Below, in pieces: positions 8,844 to 19,291 of a DNA stretch of 64,000 nucleotides. How positions within the stretch are numbered: position 1 is the first letter of the stretch; the number at the start of each line of letters is the position of its first letter. Under the pieces are notes generated by a model. That model was not told the origin of the DNA. It saw nothing but the letters and a program-made list of their open reading frames with translations, and did not search any database. Position numbers and translations under genes: made by a program. Source of the DNA: a virus (Duplodnaviria > Heunggongvirae > Uroviricota > Caudoviricetes). The stretch lies in IMG/VR virus record IMGVR_UViG_3300011008_000003; one strand, given 5' to 3'.

Positions 8844-10286
8844 TTATTTTTGGTCTGGTCTTAAATTAACGAGACCAGAAGAAAGTTCTTTTTGAAGACT
8901 TGTAGCAGCATCTGCCCAATTTGTTTTAGAATTTGAACCGGTAATACTTGACTCCAATACACGATACCATTGTGCTCTTGAATATGTTTGGTCAAGATTA
9001 CAAGTAATAGAGAATTCATAATAATAGTGTCCGCTATTATTTGTTTCTTCAGAACGTTTTACGGACCAGTTCGAAATATAAACGATGAGAGGAGTTTCTT
9101 TTTTGAAGATAGTTCCGCCGTAAATATTCAAATACCATAATTTTGCGCCAAAACTATTTTCTCTATTAAACTTATACAATACACGATATGGTCCATACTT
9201 TTTAACAGTAGTCCCTAAAAATTCATTTGCAGCCTTTATTAAAGGCCTTAAACCACCAATTTTTTCAATTTCAGAAGAAATAGTATCATCCGATTTTTTA
9301 TCTTTCATTTCATCTGCTGCATTTTTACAATGTTCATTAAATTTTGTTACTACTTTATTTTGGAACGCAGTATTTGAACTAAGATGATCCTTGATTAACT
9401 CTTCGACTATTCCTTTAAATTGGTCAATACTTTCACTATCTTTATAGCTTTTTTCAGATTGTGTAGGATTTCTGCTATATGATTTTTTCGCTGTTATTGT
9501 GACTTTTTTAGCATTTTGATCAATATCTAATTTATATGGTAAATATGAATCATTTTCACCATAGCTAGTTGGAATGTCACTACCGATATATCCGTTTGAA
9601 ACCATGAGATATAAGAACAGTTCTAAGTTTTCTTTATCTCTTTTTTTATCCGCTAAGTCTTTTTCATTTGCAGTTTGTTCTTCTGCTTTTTTCGGATTAT
9701 CTTTGTTATAATGTTCCATAAAGGTATTGCCCATATATTGTGCAGTACCTTCAACATTTTCAAGACCGGTAGAAACATTTTTTAATGCGCCAGCGAAATC
9801 AAATTGATTCTTCGCAGAAATTGCGGCATATTTACGTAAACCATTTATCCAATCATTCGGTAAAGTTTGACCAAGTGTATCGGAGGTAAAAATCTTAAAC
9901 TTTAAGTCTATAGAACCTGGACTGTAGCCATTATAGATTTTCTTAGTCCAGGAACCAGCTTTTACAAAGTTTATCCAGTTTGTACCAGTTGCGGCGCCGA
10001 TAGCGTTAACAGTATTGAATAGGTCATTGGTAGTAAACTGTTGAAGCATATCTTGCCATAAAGTACCAGGACCGTCAGCATAATCAACATTAAAAGAAAA
10101 TTCGGGCAATTCTTCGAGAACACCGATAAGATTAACAGGAACTTCACCATCATAAGTAGTGAGCTGAAATCTGGAAAGACCATAATTGGAATCATTTACC
10201 GGCGGATTACCGGCGAATTTCTTCTTTAATCTTTCCATTTCGGTAGGATCAGTTTCCTGTAATGTTTCGTAATCGTAAATTGCCAT
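8844..10286 (-). CDS. baseplate wedge protein (gp6/J-like) candidate
   Basis: 480-aa ORF immediately downstream of the gp25-like gene in the conserved V-W-J order. The start overlaps the stop of the upstream gene. Confidence 0.4.
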   Translation of the reverse strand: MAIYDYETLQETDPTEMERLKKKFAGNPPVNDSNYGLSRFQLTTYDGEVPVNLIGVLEELPEFSFNVDYADGPGTLWQDMLQQFTTNDLFNTVNAIGAATGTNWINFVKAGSWTKKIYNGYSPGSIDLKFKIFTSDTLGQTLPNDWINGLRKYAAISAKNQFDFAGALKNVSTGLENVEGTAQYMGNTFMEHYNKDNPKKAEEQTANEKDLADKKRDKENLELFLYLMVSNGYIGSDIPTSYGENDSYLPYKLDIDQNAKKVTITAKKSYSRNPTQSEKSYKDSESIDQFKGIVEELIKDHLSSNTAFQNKVVTKFNEHCKNAADEMKDKKSDDTISSEIEKIGGLRPLIKAANEFLGTTVKKYGPYRVLYKFNRENSFGAKLWYLNIYGGTIFKKETPLIVYISNWSVKRSEETNNSGHYYYEFSITCNLDQTYSRAQWYRVLESSITGSNSKTNWADAATSLQKELSSGLVNLRPDQK

Positions 10287-10690
10287 TATTTTCTAATCCT
10301 GCGTGCAAAAATGCCCTGAATCAAGCCGTCATTCGAAATATATGGAATTTTAAAAGTTATGACATGATTGAATTCGTCTTTTACAATATCAGCATTACCG
10401 CGGTCGATTTTAATCGGAACCCAGTATTCGATAGTATCAAAGACGCGAGGCATCAATTCGTCTGCTTGAGAAAAGTTTTCAAAAAGCAACAGATATAACG
10501 GGGAACCGTATGCAAGATTGAAGAGCCTTTCGAAAGGTTCTGTCAATAACACATTTTCAATCATTTGGTCTAATGCGTCTTTGCCCCAAACTTCTGTCTG
10601 TTCCCCGAGAGCGTCGAGGTCATAATACGGGTTGGTGACTTTCGTATTAGTTAATGTTGTAAAATCTGGATTTGCACTTAAACTCAGCAT
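10286..10690 (-). CDS. baseplate wedge protein gp25/W-like
   Basis: 134 aa with conserved ENVLLTEPFERL...FG block typical of the GPW/gp25 family. TATAAATA 4 nt upstream on the minus strand (10695-10702). Confidence 0.65.
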   Translation of the reverse strand: MLSLSANPDFTTLTNTKVTNPYYDLDALGEQTEVWGKDALDQMIENVLLTEPFERLFNLAYGSPLYLLLFENFSQADELMPRVFDTIEYWVPIKIDRGNADIVKDEFNHVITFKIPYISNDGLIQGIFARRIRK

Positions 10691-10703
10691 ACATTATTTA
10701 TAG

Positions 10704-11489
10704 CTAGCATTTTACGTTCGTATTTCCGACATTATGCGGAATGCCGGTAAATAGGCAGTTAGTGAAGTTATTACACAATTGTTTAGCAGGATTTCTTCCT
10801 AAGTTAACATTTCCTTGGACGGCATTGATATTGACATTGCCATTAGCCCTAAGTTTGGCATTTTTTCCAACGATAATGTCAGCGTCTCCACCAGCATTGA
10901 CCGTAAGCTTACCAGGACCGCTAAAGTCTTCACCGGTATTGATAGTCAATGAACCGTCAGCGCCGATAGTAATCGAAAGACCGGTACGGTGATGGAATTC
11001 GGTTTCGCCGGTTTTCTTATTTAACGTAAGATATTCACCTTGGTCGGTTTCGAGCAGGACCATCTTATTCGGATAGTCTTCCATTTTGAACATAAGCGGG
11101 TTTTTGGTCAAGTCTTGCGCAGTACGTTGCGTGTATGCGATCGCATCAAAAATCGGCTTCTGGATGTCCTTCTGGTCAAAATAACCGCGTAATATGGTAC
11201 CTATCTCAGGAATAATGAAGTTACCGTTCGTACCGCCGAAAAATCCCATATCAGGAACAGCCCATGGAAGAGCACTTTCAGCCAAATCGTCGTAATATCC
11301 GAAAATAAGGATTTTTACACGACCGAGTTTGAGCGGGTCGTCGTTATCAATAACCTTGCCGGTCCATCTGTCGCCAGCAGGGTCAACGGAATTATAGTCG
11401 TCGTTAGTAACAAGGGATTTTTCAAAACCTTGCTCAATGCTAGTCATTGCATCATTTAACAACGAATTCATATCAGGACTAGTATTCAT
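10704..11489 (-). CDS. baseplate central spike (gp5/gpV-like OB-fold plus beta-helix; no lysozyme domain)
   Basis: LGRVKILIFGYYDD N-terminal OB-fold signature. C-terminal repetitive NAGGDADIIVGKNAKLRANGNVNINAVQGNVNLG beta-helix-like repeats. Confidence 0.6.
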   Translation of the reverse strand: MNTSPDMNSLLNDAMTSIEQGFEKSLVTNDDYNSVDPAGDRWTGKVIDNDDPLKLGRVKILIFGYYDDLAESALPWAVPDMGFFGGTNGNFIIPEIGTILRGYFDQKDIQKPIFDAIAYTQRTAQDLTKNPLMFKMEDYPNKMVLLETDQGEYLTLNKKTGETEFHHRTGLSITIGADGSLTINTGEDFSGPGKLTVNAGGDADIIVGKNAKLRANGNVNINAVQGNVNLGRNPAKQLCNNFTNCLFTGIPHNVGNTNVKC

Positions 11490-11498
11490 AAAACCTCT

Positions 11499-12947
11499 TT
11501 ACTTAACCGTTTGAGTATACTTGGTTTGCTTTCTAAGTGGACCAACACCACCAACGCCATCAGAAGCACAAGTAGCCATTATCGTATATTTTGCGCCGAA
11601 AGCAAAACGGTGCGTGAGACCGGTAACGATATAGTTATTGGATTGAACAGAAGTCTTATGATTTACGGTAGTCATATCGACTGAAATTCTGTCACCAAGT
11701 TTAAGATATTGTTTCGGGTCAGCTGCATAACCTGGCTGGTCGGTAACACTGATGGTTAAGAATGTGAATTGCTGGAAAAATGCATGTTTGATACTGTCGT
11801 GATGAACAGGAGCATAGTCATAATATTCATGTGTCTGTAGAAAATGAGTTCCTACAGAATGGAATCTGACAGTTTCACCTTGTGTATCAGACTGGTTAGA
11901 AATCTTACCGACACGAAGTGTATTATTTTTGAAATCTTTTGACCTAAAGCATGTATCGTTAAATGTAAGTGCTCTCGGATTTGTTATGTCAAACGTTACA
12001 GGTGGAAATTTGATCATACTCATGGTAGAAACATTGTATGGATTAAATACATACTTCTTGATATTATATCCGCCTTGATTCTGTAAATAACCATGGTTAG
12101 CGATGTCAATATCATAATAGACGCTATATACTTCTGGTTTTTCAGTAGTATTCGCATCGTTACTATATTTTTTATCATAATATTTCTGATAACGAGACTG
12201 ATGAATATATTGCGCTGTAACAGTTTTTCCGCAAAGCGTATTCAACGAAGTATAATAAGCGTTACCGTTTCGGTCGACATACATTAACGGCATATCGTCG
12301 TCAGAAATCCATGCATGGCTTACAATCTTTTTTGCGAATTCAGAATAGGTCAAGGTTGAATTGAGCCATGACATATTGTCGTCAGGAGCAGAATCGAAAT
12401 CTATAATAGGTGTTAATCCAGCATTTGTAAGAACTACGGCAAGAGTTTCAGCACTGGTAAACGATTTATCGAGAGAAGGTGTCTTACCGGCCATGGTATC
12501 GGATTTCGGCCATACGCAAATATCGTTTAGATATTTTTCAGCACAGTACATGCAATGGAAAGTATAGATATAAGAATCACGGTCGAAATCCATCGAGTTA
12601 TCGATGGCCTGTATATTGAATGTACCTTCGAGTAATGGCTTGACGGCGACATGGTTATCGTCGTCGCTTATCATGTCTGGCATTACCTTGATATAAATCG
12701 TATTGCCGATTTGGAAATTGACATCATGGAATATGGTACCGACGTCAGACAGTTTCAAAGTCATAGTCGGAAGCAACAGGAAGAAATTTTCACGAATGAT
12801 AATATCGACGATTTTATCGCTCGGGATATTATAACCTTTGTCCGGGTCATCACTACCGTATATCAAAGTAATATTACAAGTTTGTTTTGCAATAGCGCTT
12901 GTGCCGATAGCGGCACCCGGATCCAATATTACATTTTCTGCTGCCAT
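11499..12947 (-). CDS. hypothetical baseplate hub-region protein (482 aa)
   Basis: Position directly upstream of the spike gene; no motif recognised. Confidence 0.35.
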   Translation of the reverse strand: MAAENVILDPGAAIGTSAIAKQTCNITLIYGSDDPDKGYNIPSDKIVDIIIRENFFLLLPTMTLKLSDVGTIFHDVNFQIGNTIYIKVMPDMISDDDNHVAVKPLLEGTFNIQAIDNSMDFDRDSYIYTFHCMYCAEKYLNDICVWPKSDTMAGKTPSLDKSFTSAETLAVVLTNAGLTPIIDFDSAPDDNMSWLNSTLTYSEFAKKIVSHAWISDDDMPLMYVDRNGNAYYTSLNTLCGKTVTAQYIHQSRYQKYYDKKYSNDANTTEKPEVYSVYYDIDIANHGYLQNQGGYNIKKYVFNPYNVSTMSMIKFPPVTFDITNPRALTFNDTCFRSKDFKNNTLRVGKISNQSDTQGETVRFHSVGTHFLQTHEYYDYAPVHHDSIKHAFFQQFTFLTISVTDQPGYAADPKQYLKLGDRISVDMTTVNHKTSVQSNNYIVTGLTHRFAFGAKYTIMATCASDGVGGVGPLRKQTKYTQTVK

Positions 12948-13840
12948 TAGATACCTATAGTCATGCCTCTATTTCCGGTTTCCCAGCTAGAAAGCTTTAC
13001 ATTTGTTACTATATTATATGCGTCGATAGGCTGTTCCGGTTTTTGGAAACAGCAGAATCCCTGGTCATTTGTCATTAATAAGTAAGACGACTTTTGTAAA
13101 TTCATATAGGTATACAGTTGCATTGCACCGACTGTGTTGAAGATGTTACCTTTCAGTCTATAAAGCTTGCCGAACATGTTAGCAATCTTCGTATTTTCAT
13201 TAGAAAGGTTTTGAAGCATTTTCAATACGGTTTCTATTTTATCTGGCGAATGCTTTAAAAGTTCGTCAAGGTCTTTTCCGCAATCACGGTTGAAATGGTC
13301 GAATTGCGTACTTGTATTGAACTGAGAGAAGACAGAATACATAAGCGAACGATTCATCTGTTTGTATTCCTTGCCGTCGCCAGATAATGTAGAACGAATG
13401 CCCTTGAATTCGATACGGGTATTATTTCTTAAGTCAACCAAGTCGCCTTTACCTGAACTGAAGCCGATATTTGCGAAACAGCTTGCGAACAGGAATTCGC
13501 CTTTACCGATTGCCGGTCTGGCAGTAGTTACGTTCAAAGCGTCGTTGATATATTCAGGTTTGAGATATTCAGCGAGGTTTGCCCTATGGAGGAAATCCGC
13601 CCAGGAAATCTTAGAGAAATTTTGAAAAGTAAATGTATTCTTTGCTAATTGCTCAAATAAATCTTCTGGTTTTACCAAAAGATTTTTCATAAGTAACATA
13701 CCGTGTTGGCTTGCAAGGCCTTCATGTTTACCGCACTTTTCAGCGGTCCAGAATTTCGGAAGTAAGGCATTTAAACTATTCAAATCCATATACATATTTA
13801 TAAATAACATATGAGTCTCTGTCGAATATACGAATGGCAA
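12947..13840 (-). CDS. hypothetical protein (297 aa)
   Basis: ORF with a TATAAATA-containing region at its 5' end, shared with the divergent gene. Confidence 0.45.
   Translation of the reverse strand: MPFVYSTETHMLFINMYMDLNSLNALLPKFWTAEKCGKHEGLASQHGMLLMKNLLVKPEDLFEQLAKNTFTFQNFSKISWADFLHRANLAEYLKPEYINDALNVTTARPAIGKGEFLFASCFANIGFSSGKGDLVDLRNNTRIEFKGIRSTLSGDGKEYKQMNRSLMYSVFSQFNTSTQFDHFNRDCGKDLDELLKHSPDKIETVLKMLQNLSNENTKIANMFGKLYRLKGNIFNTVGAMQLYTYMNLQKSSYLLMTNDQGFCCFQKPEQPIDAYNIVTNVKLSSWETGNRGMTIGI
13799..13806. promoter_or_regulatory. divergent/bidirectional TATAAATA late promoter region
   Basis: TTTATAAATAA reads as TATAAATA on both strands. Serves 13811(+) and 13840(-). Confidence 0.45.
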
Positions 13841-15778
13841 AATATTAAAACGGTAAAGCTTTCTGACGCATATACTGTTAGAATCAAGATGGATGATAGC
13901 AGTGAATATAAGGAATTACCAGAATGTTTGAGTGTTTCTTTGCCTTCGTATAAGTATAAGGAAGAAATTTATAAGTACGGAAATAATGAGAAGAAATTCT
14001 TAATTCCGGACTATACAGGGCTTGAGGATTTAAGCCTTGACTTCATGGAAAATTATCGTGAAGATATGAAAGACTATGCTTATTTGCGAATACAGGACCT
14101 TGTTAATATCTTTCTTAATAGATTATATGACCCGACTGCGGGAGTAGCTAGTTATAATTTGACAGATTATATTAAAGAAATCGTAGTATCTGTCTATAAG
14201 AATAATTTTAGCAATGTTGTAATCGAGTATGTTTTTAACGATTTGAAACTTACCGATTATACAAAGTATGACCTTGACTATGCTGCTGCGGATATTGCCA
14301 AGTGGACATTGAAATTTTCATATCAGAGTTATTATGTTCAATTAGTAGAACAAGGTCCGTCTGCTGCAGAAATTGCTTATGCTGCAGGTGAAGCTCAGTA
14401 TAAGGCTATGCAGGAAGCTATGGCTCAGGCATATCGCGGCGGTCGCGGTGTAAGAACTCCGCATGAAGACCAGAATATGGCAAGGCGTCACGAAGAATCT
14501 CTCCGTAACGGCGAAAGTGCATTGGATAATGAAATTTCCGAGAAGAAGGAAGAACGTCAGCAGAAGCTTGATGAAATGCGTCAGCTTGAAATGAACGAAA
14601 ACAAAGTTTCTACGACGAAAGAAAAAGAAGCACTTGAAGCAGCACAGCAAAAGACTGAAGCGGCGGAACAGGCCGTAAGAGAAGCTGAGGCTAAGCAAGT
14701 CGCCAGAGAAACAGATTATAAGAATGCAGTCGAAAAACACGGCGAGGCTGTAAAGAATTATGAAGAAGGAAAGACCGAAGGTACTACCAGAAGATTACGT
14801 GAAAAGAATAGTGAATTGTATGATGCAGAACAGCTTGCCGCTGAAAATCGTAAAGCGGCTAATACTAATTTAAAAGCGGCTAATGCTGAATTGGCTGCGG
14901 CTCAAGAAGCTTTGGCTAAGGCTAAGGAAGAAGAAGCTGCCGCACAAGAAGCTTATGATAAGAAAACATGGTTGAATTCTGAAGAAAGAAAGCAGCAACA
15001 AATTGATAAGCTTGCTAGCGAAATTGACCAGATAAATGCTGAAATCACTGATTTGAATAGGCAGAAGCAAGAACAAATTGAAGTCGCACAGGAACAACAG
15101 AGTAGATTCCAGGCAGAACGTAATTCTATGTCTTCTGAACAGAAACTCCGTAATGCTAGGTATCAGGATTCTGCCGAACATGCTATATCTCTTAACGAGA
15201 CTGAATCTGTACGTGACGACTGGTCTGCCGCGGCTAAGGATAATGCGGAATCTGAAACTCATTCTATGAACCGTCAGCAGATGGTTGGCGAAGAAGGATT
15301 TATTAAGGACAGGGTTGAAGGTCGTCAGAAACGATTTGACGACAAGAAAGAAAGCAGAGCGTTCGCCGCCGAAGAAGCTTCCAGGATTGCACAGCAGGAA
15401 GCTATCCGTCCTGAACTTGCCGAACTTGAAGATATGGAACTTGACGATGATTCTAATAGTAATCCGGTCTATAATGGAATGTCTGAAACCGGTAAGAAGG
15501 TTATGGACATCGGATATGAAAATGCCAAAGCCGAAGCACAGGCGGAGCAGAAGTTTGCAGAAAAGGCAGGAGTTACTAAGACAACTACAGCCAATGGTGA
15601 ATATATAGAAGTAAAGAACGCTTCTGAGATAACTAATCATCCGGATTATCAGGAACGAGTAACAGCCTTGTCTATGGAAATGTATAAACCTGGAAAGAGT
15701 GATCCTCAGATGGTATACGAAAAGGCGCAGGCCCAGGCCATGCAGGAATATCTTGAAGGTAAATTGAAATTAAAATAA
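13811..15778 (+). CDS. long coiled-coil protein (E/A/K/Q-rich), late
   Basis: 655 aa. After a roughly 190-aa N-terminal domain the rest is heptad-like AEQAVREAEAKQ... low-complexity coiled coil. Confidence 0.5.
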   Translation: MSLCRIYEWQNIKTVKLSDAYTVRIKMDDSSEYKELPECLSVSLPSYKYKEEIYKYGNNEKKFLIPDYTGLEDLSLDFMENYREDMKDYAYLRIQDLVNIFLNRLYDPTAGVASYNLTDYIKEIVVSVYKNNFSNVVIEYVFNDLKLTDYTKYDLDYAAADIAKWTLKFSYQSYYVQLVEQGPSAAEIAYAAGEAQYKAMQEAMAQAYRGGRGVRTPHEDQNMARRHEESLRNGESALDNEISEKKEERQQKLDEMRQLEMNENKVSTTKEKEALEAAQQKTEAAEQAVREAEAKQVARETDYKNAVEKHGEAVKNYEEGKTEGTTRRLREKNSELYDAEQLAAENRKAANTNLKAANAELAAAQEALAKAKEEEAAAQEAYDKKTWLNSEERKQQQIDKLASEIDQINAEITDLNRQKQEQIEVAQEQQSRFQAERNSMSSEQKLRNARYQDSAEHAISLNETESVRDDWSAAAKDNAESETHSMNRQQMVGEEGFIKDRVEGRQKRFDDKKESRAFAAEEASRIAQQEAIRPELAELEDMELDDDSNSNPVYNGMSETGKKVMDIGYENAKAEAQAEQKFAEKAGVTKTTTANGEYIEVKNASEITNHPDYQERVTALSMEMYKPGKSDPQMVYEKAQAQAMQEYLEGKLKLK

Positions 15779-15801
15779 ATAAATAAGAAAAAGGATTTAC
15801 A

Positions 15802-16230
15802 ATGGAACAAGAACAATCATTTACCGCTTACTATGCTGAGACTAAGGATAACGAATTTCAGAGTTTGTATTCTTTCGCAGTCGATGCATTGACATTCTCT
15901 AACAAGATTAATATCTATCACTGGCAGTGTGAAAAGGGATTCATCCACACTCATCTTCAGGAAGTGTATGAAATCATTCGCGATTTCGCTGATGAACTTG
16001 TTGAGATTACGCTTGGAACTGGAACTGAATTCAAGATTGACGAAAAGACTTATAAGTTCTCTGACGAAATCTATAATGAAGAAAACATGCAGCGTAAGCT
16101 TCGTGCCTTTATTGATGCAGTCGAGAATCTTTCTAAGCAGTTCCAGAATAAGATTGCACTGAATAACCTTATGACAGATACGGTCCAGAAGCTTGAAAAG
16201 GAATACGGGCTGTTGACTCACTTCTCGTAA
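15802..16230 (+). CDS. hypothetical protein
   Basis: 142 aa ORF with AAGGA RBS. Confidence 0.5.
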   Translation: MEQEQSFTAYYAETKDNEFQSLYSFAVDALTFSNKINIYHWQCEKGFIHTHLQEVYEIIRDFADELVEITLGTGTEFKIDEKTYKFSDEIYNEENMQRKLRAFIDAVENLSKQFQNKIALNNLMTDTVQKLEKEYGLLTHFS

Positions 16231-16245
16231 TAGGAGTTTATATAA

Positions 16246-16400
16246 TGCGTGAATTGAACAGTGAAAATTTAGCACGTGCAAAAGAGATGCTCAAGAAGGC
16301 GGGATATGACGTGATTCGTAATTGTAACAGCGAAGTAAAGTCATTTGACCACGAGTCATTCCAGCAATATCTGGACCAGCACACAAGTAAAGAAATTTAG
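16246..16400 (+). CDS. small hypothetical protein (about 51 aa)
   Basis: ATG with GGAG RBS; ends just before the terminator hairpin. Confidence 0.3.
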
Positions 16401-16415
16401 AGCTTGAACTAGCTA

Positions 16416-16450
16416 TCGAGGACCGTTTTACACGGTCCTTTCTTTTTATT
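16416..16450 (+). terminator. intrinsic terminator (aggaccg-ttttaca-cggtcct + T-run)
   Basis: 7-bp GC-rich stem plus TTCTTTTTATT. Confidence 0.65.
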
Positions 16451-16751
16451 GATATTTACGGATTTTTTATTTTCTTTCCAAACGTTCAAAAAAATTTACT
16501 ATTTTTTGTTTCAAAGTTAAAGAGGTAAAACTATGATTAACGATAATAATTGGGAAGTCTGGCTGTACAATGCCATCTCACATATTCCTTCAAATGTCTC
16601 CCTTGGTGACGCTATGAAAGTCGAAGAAAAATTACGTGAAATTGTCCGTCAGGTGAGGACCACAGGATTATAAATAAAACACGCTCGAGAACTAATGTTG
16701 ATGTGTTATTGTGAATAGAATGTTTGTAGAGTGTTTATAGAAAGGAAATAT

Positions 16752-19223
16752 ATGATTAAAAACGTAATCAAACGAGATAATCGTAGACGTAAGTTTAATA
16801 TAGCAAAAGTATATACCGCAATTGAAAATGCATTTAAGTCGATAGATGAAAAATATACAGAAGAAGGTATTGATCAGCTTGTCGATGAAGTAGTTGAAAT
16901 AATTTCCGCAAATGATGCCAAGTCAGCAAGAGTCGAAGATATTCAGAATGTCATTGAAAAGACATTGATGAGTAAGGGTTTCGGTTCAGTTGCCAAGGCA
17001 TTTATTTTGTATAGAGACGAACGTAATCGTGCTCGTGAAACTAAGTCGGATATTGTAAAGACCATTAAGGAAATTACAGAATCTGATATTAAGAGTTCTA
17101 ATATTCTTCGTGACAATGCGAACGAATCCGGCGCTACTCCTGCTGGTACATACGGTAAGATTGCATCTGAAACAAACAAGATGTATAACTTGCTGAATAA
17201 CATCAACAGAAAGTATGCACAGGAACACAAGGATGGTCATTTACATATTCATGACCTCAACCAGTATAATTTGACTTTCAACTGTCTTTTTGCACCTGTT
17301 GGTAAGTTGCTGAAGACTGGTTTCGATTCCGGTACTGGTTATCTTCGTTCGCCGAAGTCTATTCAGACAGCTGCTGCATTGACTGCCGTTATTCTTCAGC
17401 TTCAGTCTAACCAGCAATACGGTGGTATCGCAGACGATAACCTCGATTTCGATTTGGCTCCGTTTGTCGATATTTCTTTTAGGAAGAATCTAAAGGAAGA
17501 ATTAGAAAGATATATTGAATACAATCCAGACCATGAAGAAATGACCAACCTTGATGAAGTTGCAACAGCTTCTATGAACTGGCCTTCTGCATTACTTTAT
17601 ACTAAGTTCCCTAAGATTTGTGTTATCAAGGCAATTCAGAAAACAGACGATGATACTCATCAGGCAATGGAAGGTCTTATTGGTAACTTGAATTCTCTCC
17701 AGTCTCGTTCTGGAAACCAGGTTCCTTTCAGTTCTTTGAATTTCGGTCTTAATACTTCTAATTGTGGTCGTATGATTAGCAAGAACCTTATCAAGTCCCA
17801 GATGGAAGGTCTCGGTGACGGTTTGACTGCTATTTTCCCGATTTTGATTTTCAAGTTGATGAAGGGTTATACAAAGAATCCGGAAGATCCGAACTATGAC
17901 TTGTATCTTGATTCTATCAAGTGCCTTGCCCGTCGTTTTTATCCGAACTTTGTAAAGGTTGACAGTTCTTTCAATAAGCCATACGTTAAGTATGAAACTA
18001 AGGAAATTGAAATTACTGAAAAAGCAATTGGTGTCAAGGTTCGTGGTAAAGACGAAGCAACAATTATTCCAATGCAAGATCAGAAGTTCGATAAGTTTGT
18101 TTATCAGTATGATGTAGGTCAAGGTGACTATTGGGAAATTGAAGAAATTTCCGGAAACGTATTGAAGTTAAAGAAGCTTATCGAAAATACGACGATTTCG
18201 ACCATGGGTTGTCGTACACGTGTAATTGGTAATATCAACGGTGCAGAACAGACAACTGGTCGTGGAAACTTCGCATTCCATACGATTAACTTGCCGCGCC
18301 TTGCTATTGAAACCCATATCGAAGCTAAGGATGAAGAAGGACGTAAGCAGTTGTTCTTCAAGAAGCTTGACGATATGCTTGAAGACGCCAAGGGTAGTTT
18401 GCTTGACCGTTTCTCTTTGATTTGTAATAAGACTTATGAGAATTTCCCGTTCACTATGCAACAGGGACTTTATCTCACGTCTGACGATGAACCGCATGCG
18501 GTTACTGATAAGATTGGTGAAGTTCTTAAACAGGCTTCGCTTTCTATCGGTTATGTCGGCTTGGCTGAAACAATGCTCTTGCTCACAGGTAAGACATACG
18601 GTATCGACCATGAAATTGACGATTACGCATTCTCTATCGTAAAGCATATCCGTGAATTTGTCGATAAGACTCAGAAGGAAACTCATCTTAACTGGTCTTG
18701 CTTCGCTACTCCGGCTGAAGCTGTTGCTGGTCGTTTCGCAAATATTGACAAGAACCTTTTCCAGAATGAAAAGAAGCTTGCCGATGTCGATTTACAGCGT
18801 GTCTTTGGTAAGGGTTATTACACGAATAGCCACATGCTTGATTATTCCTTGGAAACATCTTTGGAAAACAAGATTAAGATGGAAGCTCCGTACCATAAGA
18901 TTACGAACGCAGGTCATATCTTCTATTATAAGCTGAACGGTGATTTGTCTAAGAATCTTGAAGCGGTCAAGGCTACGATTGATGCCATGTACGACGGTGA
19001 CTTGGGATATTTCACTTGTACGTTCGACAGCGATACTTGTACCAAGTGTCATTTCCACGGTATCATCAATAACGAATGCCCGTGCTGTGGTAACAAGAAC
19101 GAAGACGAGATTATTCGTGTTAGAAGAATTACCGGATATTTGACTGGTTCGCCTAAGAAGACAATTTTCAAATCCTGGAACGATGGAAAATTGGCAGAAT
19201 TGAGAGACCGTCACAATATTTAA
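16752..19223 (+). CDS. nrdD: anaerobic ribonucleoside-triphosphate reductase (class III RNR)
   Basis: N-terminal ATP-cone (VIKRDNRRRKFNIAKVYTAIENAF). C-terminal zinc ribbon CTKCHFHG...CPCCGN and glycyl-radical motif RRITGYLTGS. The ATG at 16752 has AAAGGAAAT RBS; the tracked ORF begins at an upstream TTG. Confidence 0.9.
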   Translation: MIKNVIKRDNRRRKFNIAKVYTAIENAFKSIDEKYTEEGIDQLVDEVVEIISANDAKSARVEDIQNVIEKTLMSKGFGSVAKAFILYRDERNRARETKSDIVKTIKEITESDIKSSNILRDNANESGATPAGTYGKIASETNKMYNLLNNINRKYAQEHKDGHLHIHDLNQYNLTFNCLFAPVGKLLKTGFDSGTGYLRSPKSIQTAAALTAVILQLQSNQQYGGIADDNLDFDLAPFVDISFRKNLKEELERYIEYNPDHEEMTNLDEVATASMNWPSALLYTKFPKICVIKAIQKTDDDTHQAMEGLIGNLNSLQSRSGNQVPFSSLNFGLNTSNCGRMISKNLIKSQMEGLGDGLTAIFPILIFKLMKGYTKNPEDPNYDLYLDSIKCLARRFYPNFVKVDSSFNKPYVKYETKEIEITEKAIGVKVRGKDEATIIPMQDQKFDKFVYQYDVGQGDYWEIEEISGNVLKLKKLIENTTISTMGCRTRVIGNINGAEQTTGRGNFAFHTINLPRLAIETHIEAKDEEGRKQLFFKKLDDMLEDAKGSLLDRFSLICNKTYENFPFTMQQGLYLTSDDEPHAVTDKIGEVLKQASLSIGYVGLAETMLLLTGKTYGIDHEIDDYAFSIVKHIREFVDKTQKETHLNWSCFATPAEAVAGRFANIDKNLFQNEKKLADVDLQRVFGKGYYTNSHMLDYSLETSLENKIKMEAPYHKITNAGHIFYYKLNGDLSKNLEAVKATIDAMYDGDLGYFTCTFDSDTCTKCHFHGIINNECPCCGNKNEDEIIRVRRITGYLTGSPKKTIFKSWNDGKLAELRDRHNI

Positions 19224-19239
19224 TTGAAATATCAGATTA

Positions 19240-19276
19240 AAATCATACAGACCCAAAATCTGTATGATTTTTCTAT
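19240..19276 (+). terminator. intrinsic terminator (atcatacaga-cccaaaa-tctgtatgat + T-run)
   Basis: 10-bp perfect stem plus TTTTTCT after the nrdD stop. Confidence 0.7.
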
Positions 19277-19291
19277 CTTTATAAGGAATTT

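Noticed and set aside
14870-15640. 256-aa minus-strand ORF (and the 14342..14740 ORF) inside the coiled-coil gene
   Set aside because: Antisense reading of an A/E/K/Q-rich repeat region, giving Phe/Leu/Ser-rich low-complexity translation.
16440-16750. Roughly 300-bp gap upstream of nrdD examined for tRNA or ncRNA
   Set aside because: No cloverleaf-compatible inverted-repeat set or conserved tRNA boxes seen by eye. It contains only a terminator and one or two very small ORFs (for example 16533..16673, 46 aa) of doubtful significance.
17592-18686. Several 60-176-aa ORFs on the minus strand within nrdD
   Set aside because: Nested inside a confidently identified class III RNR gene, with no motifs or start contexts.
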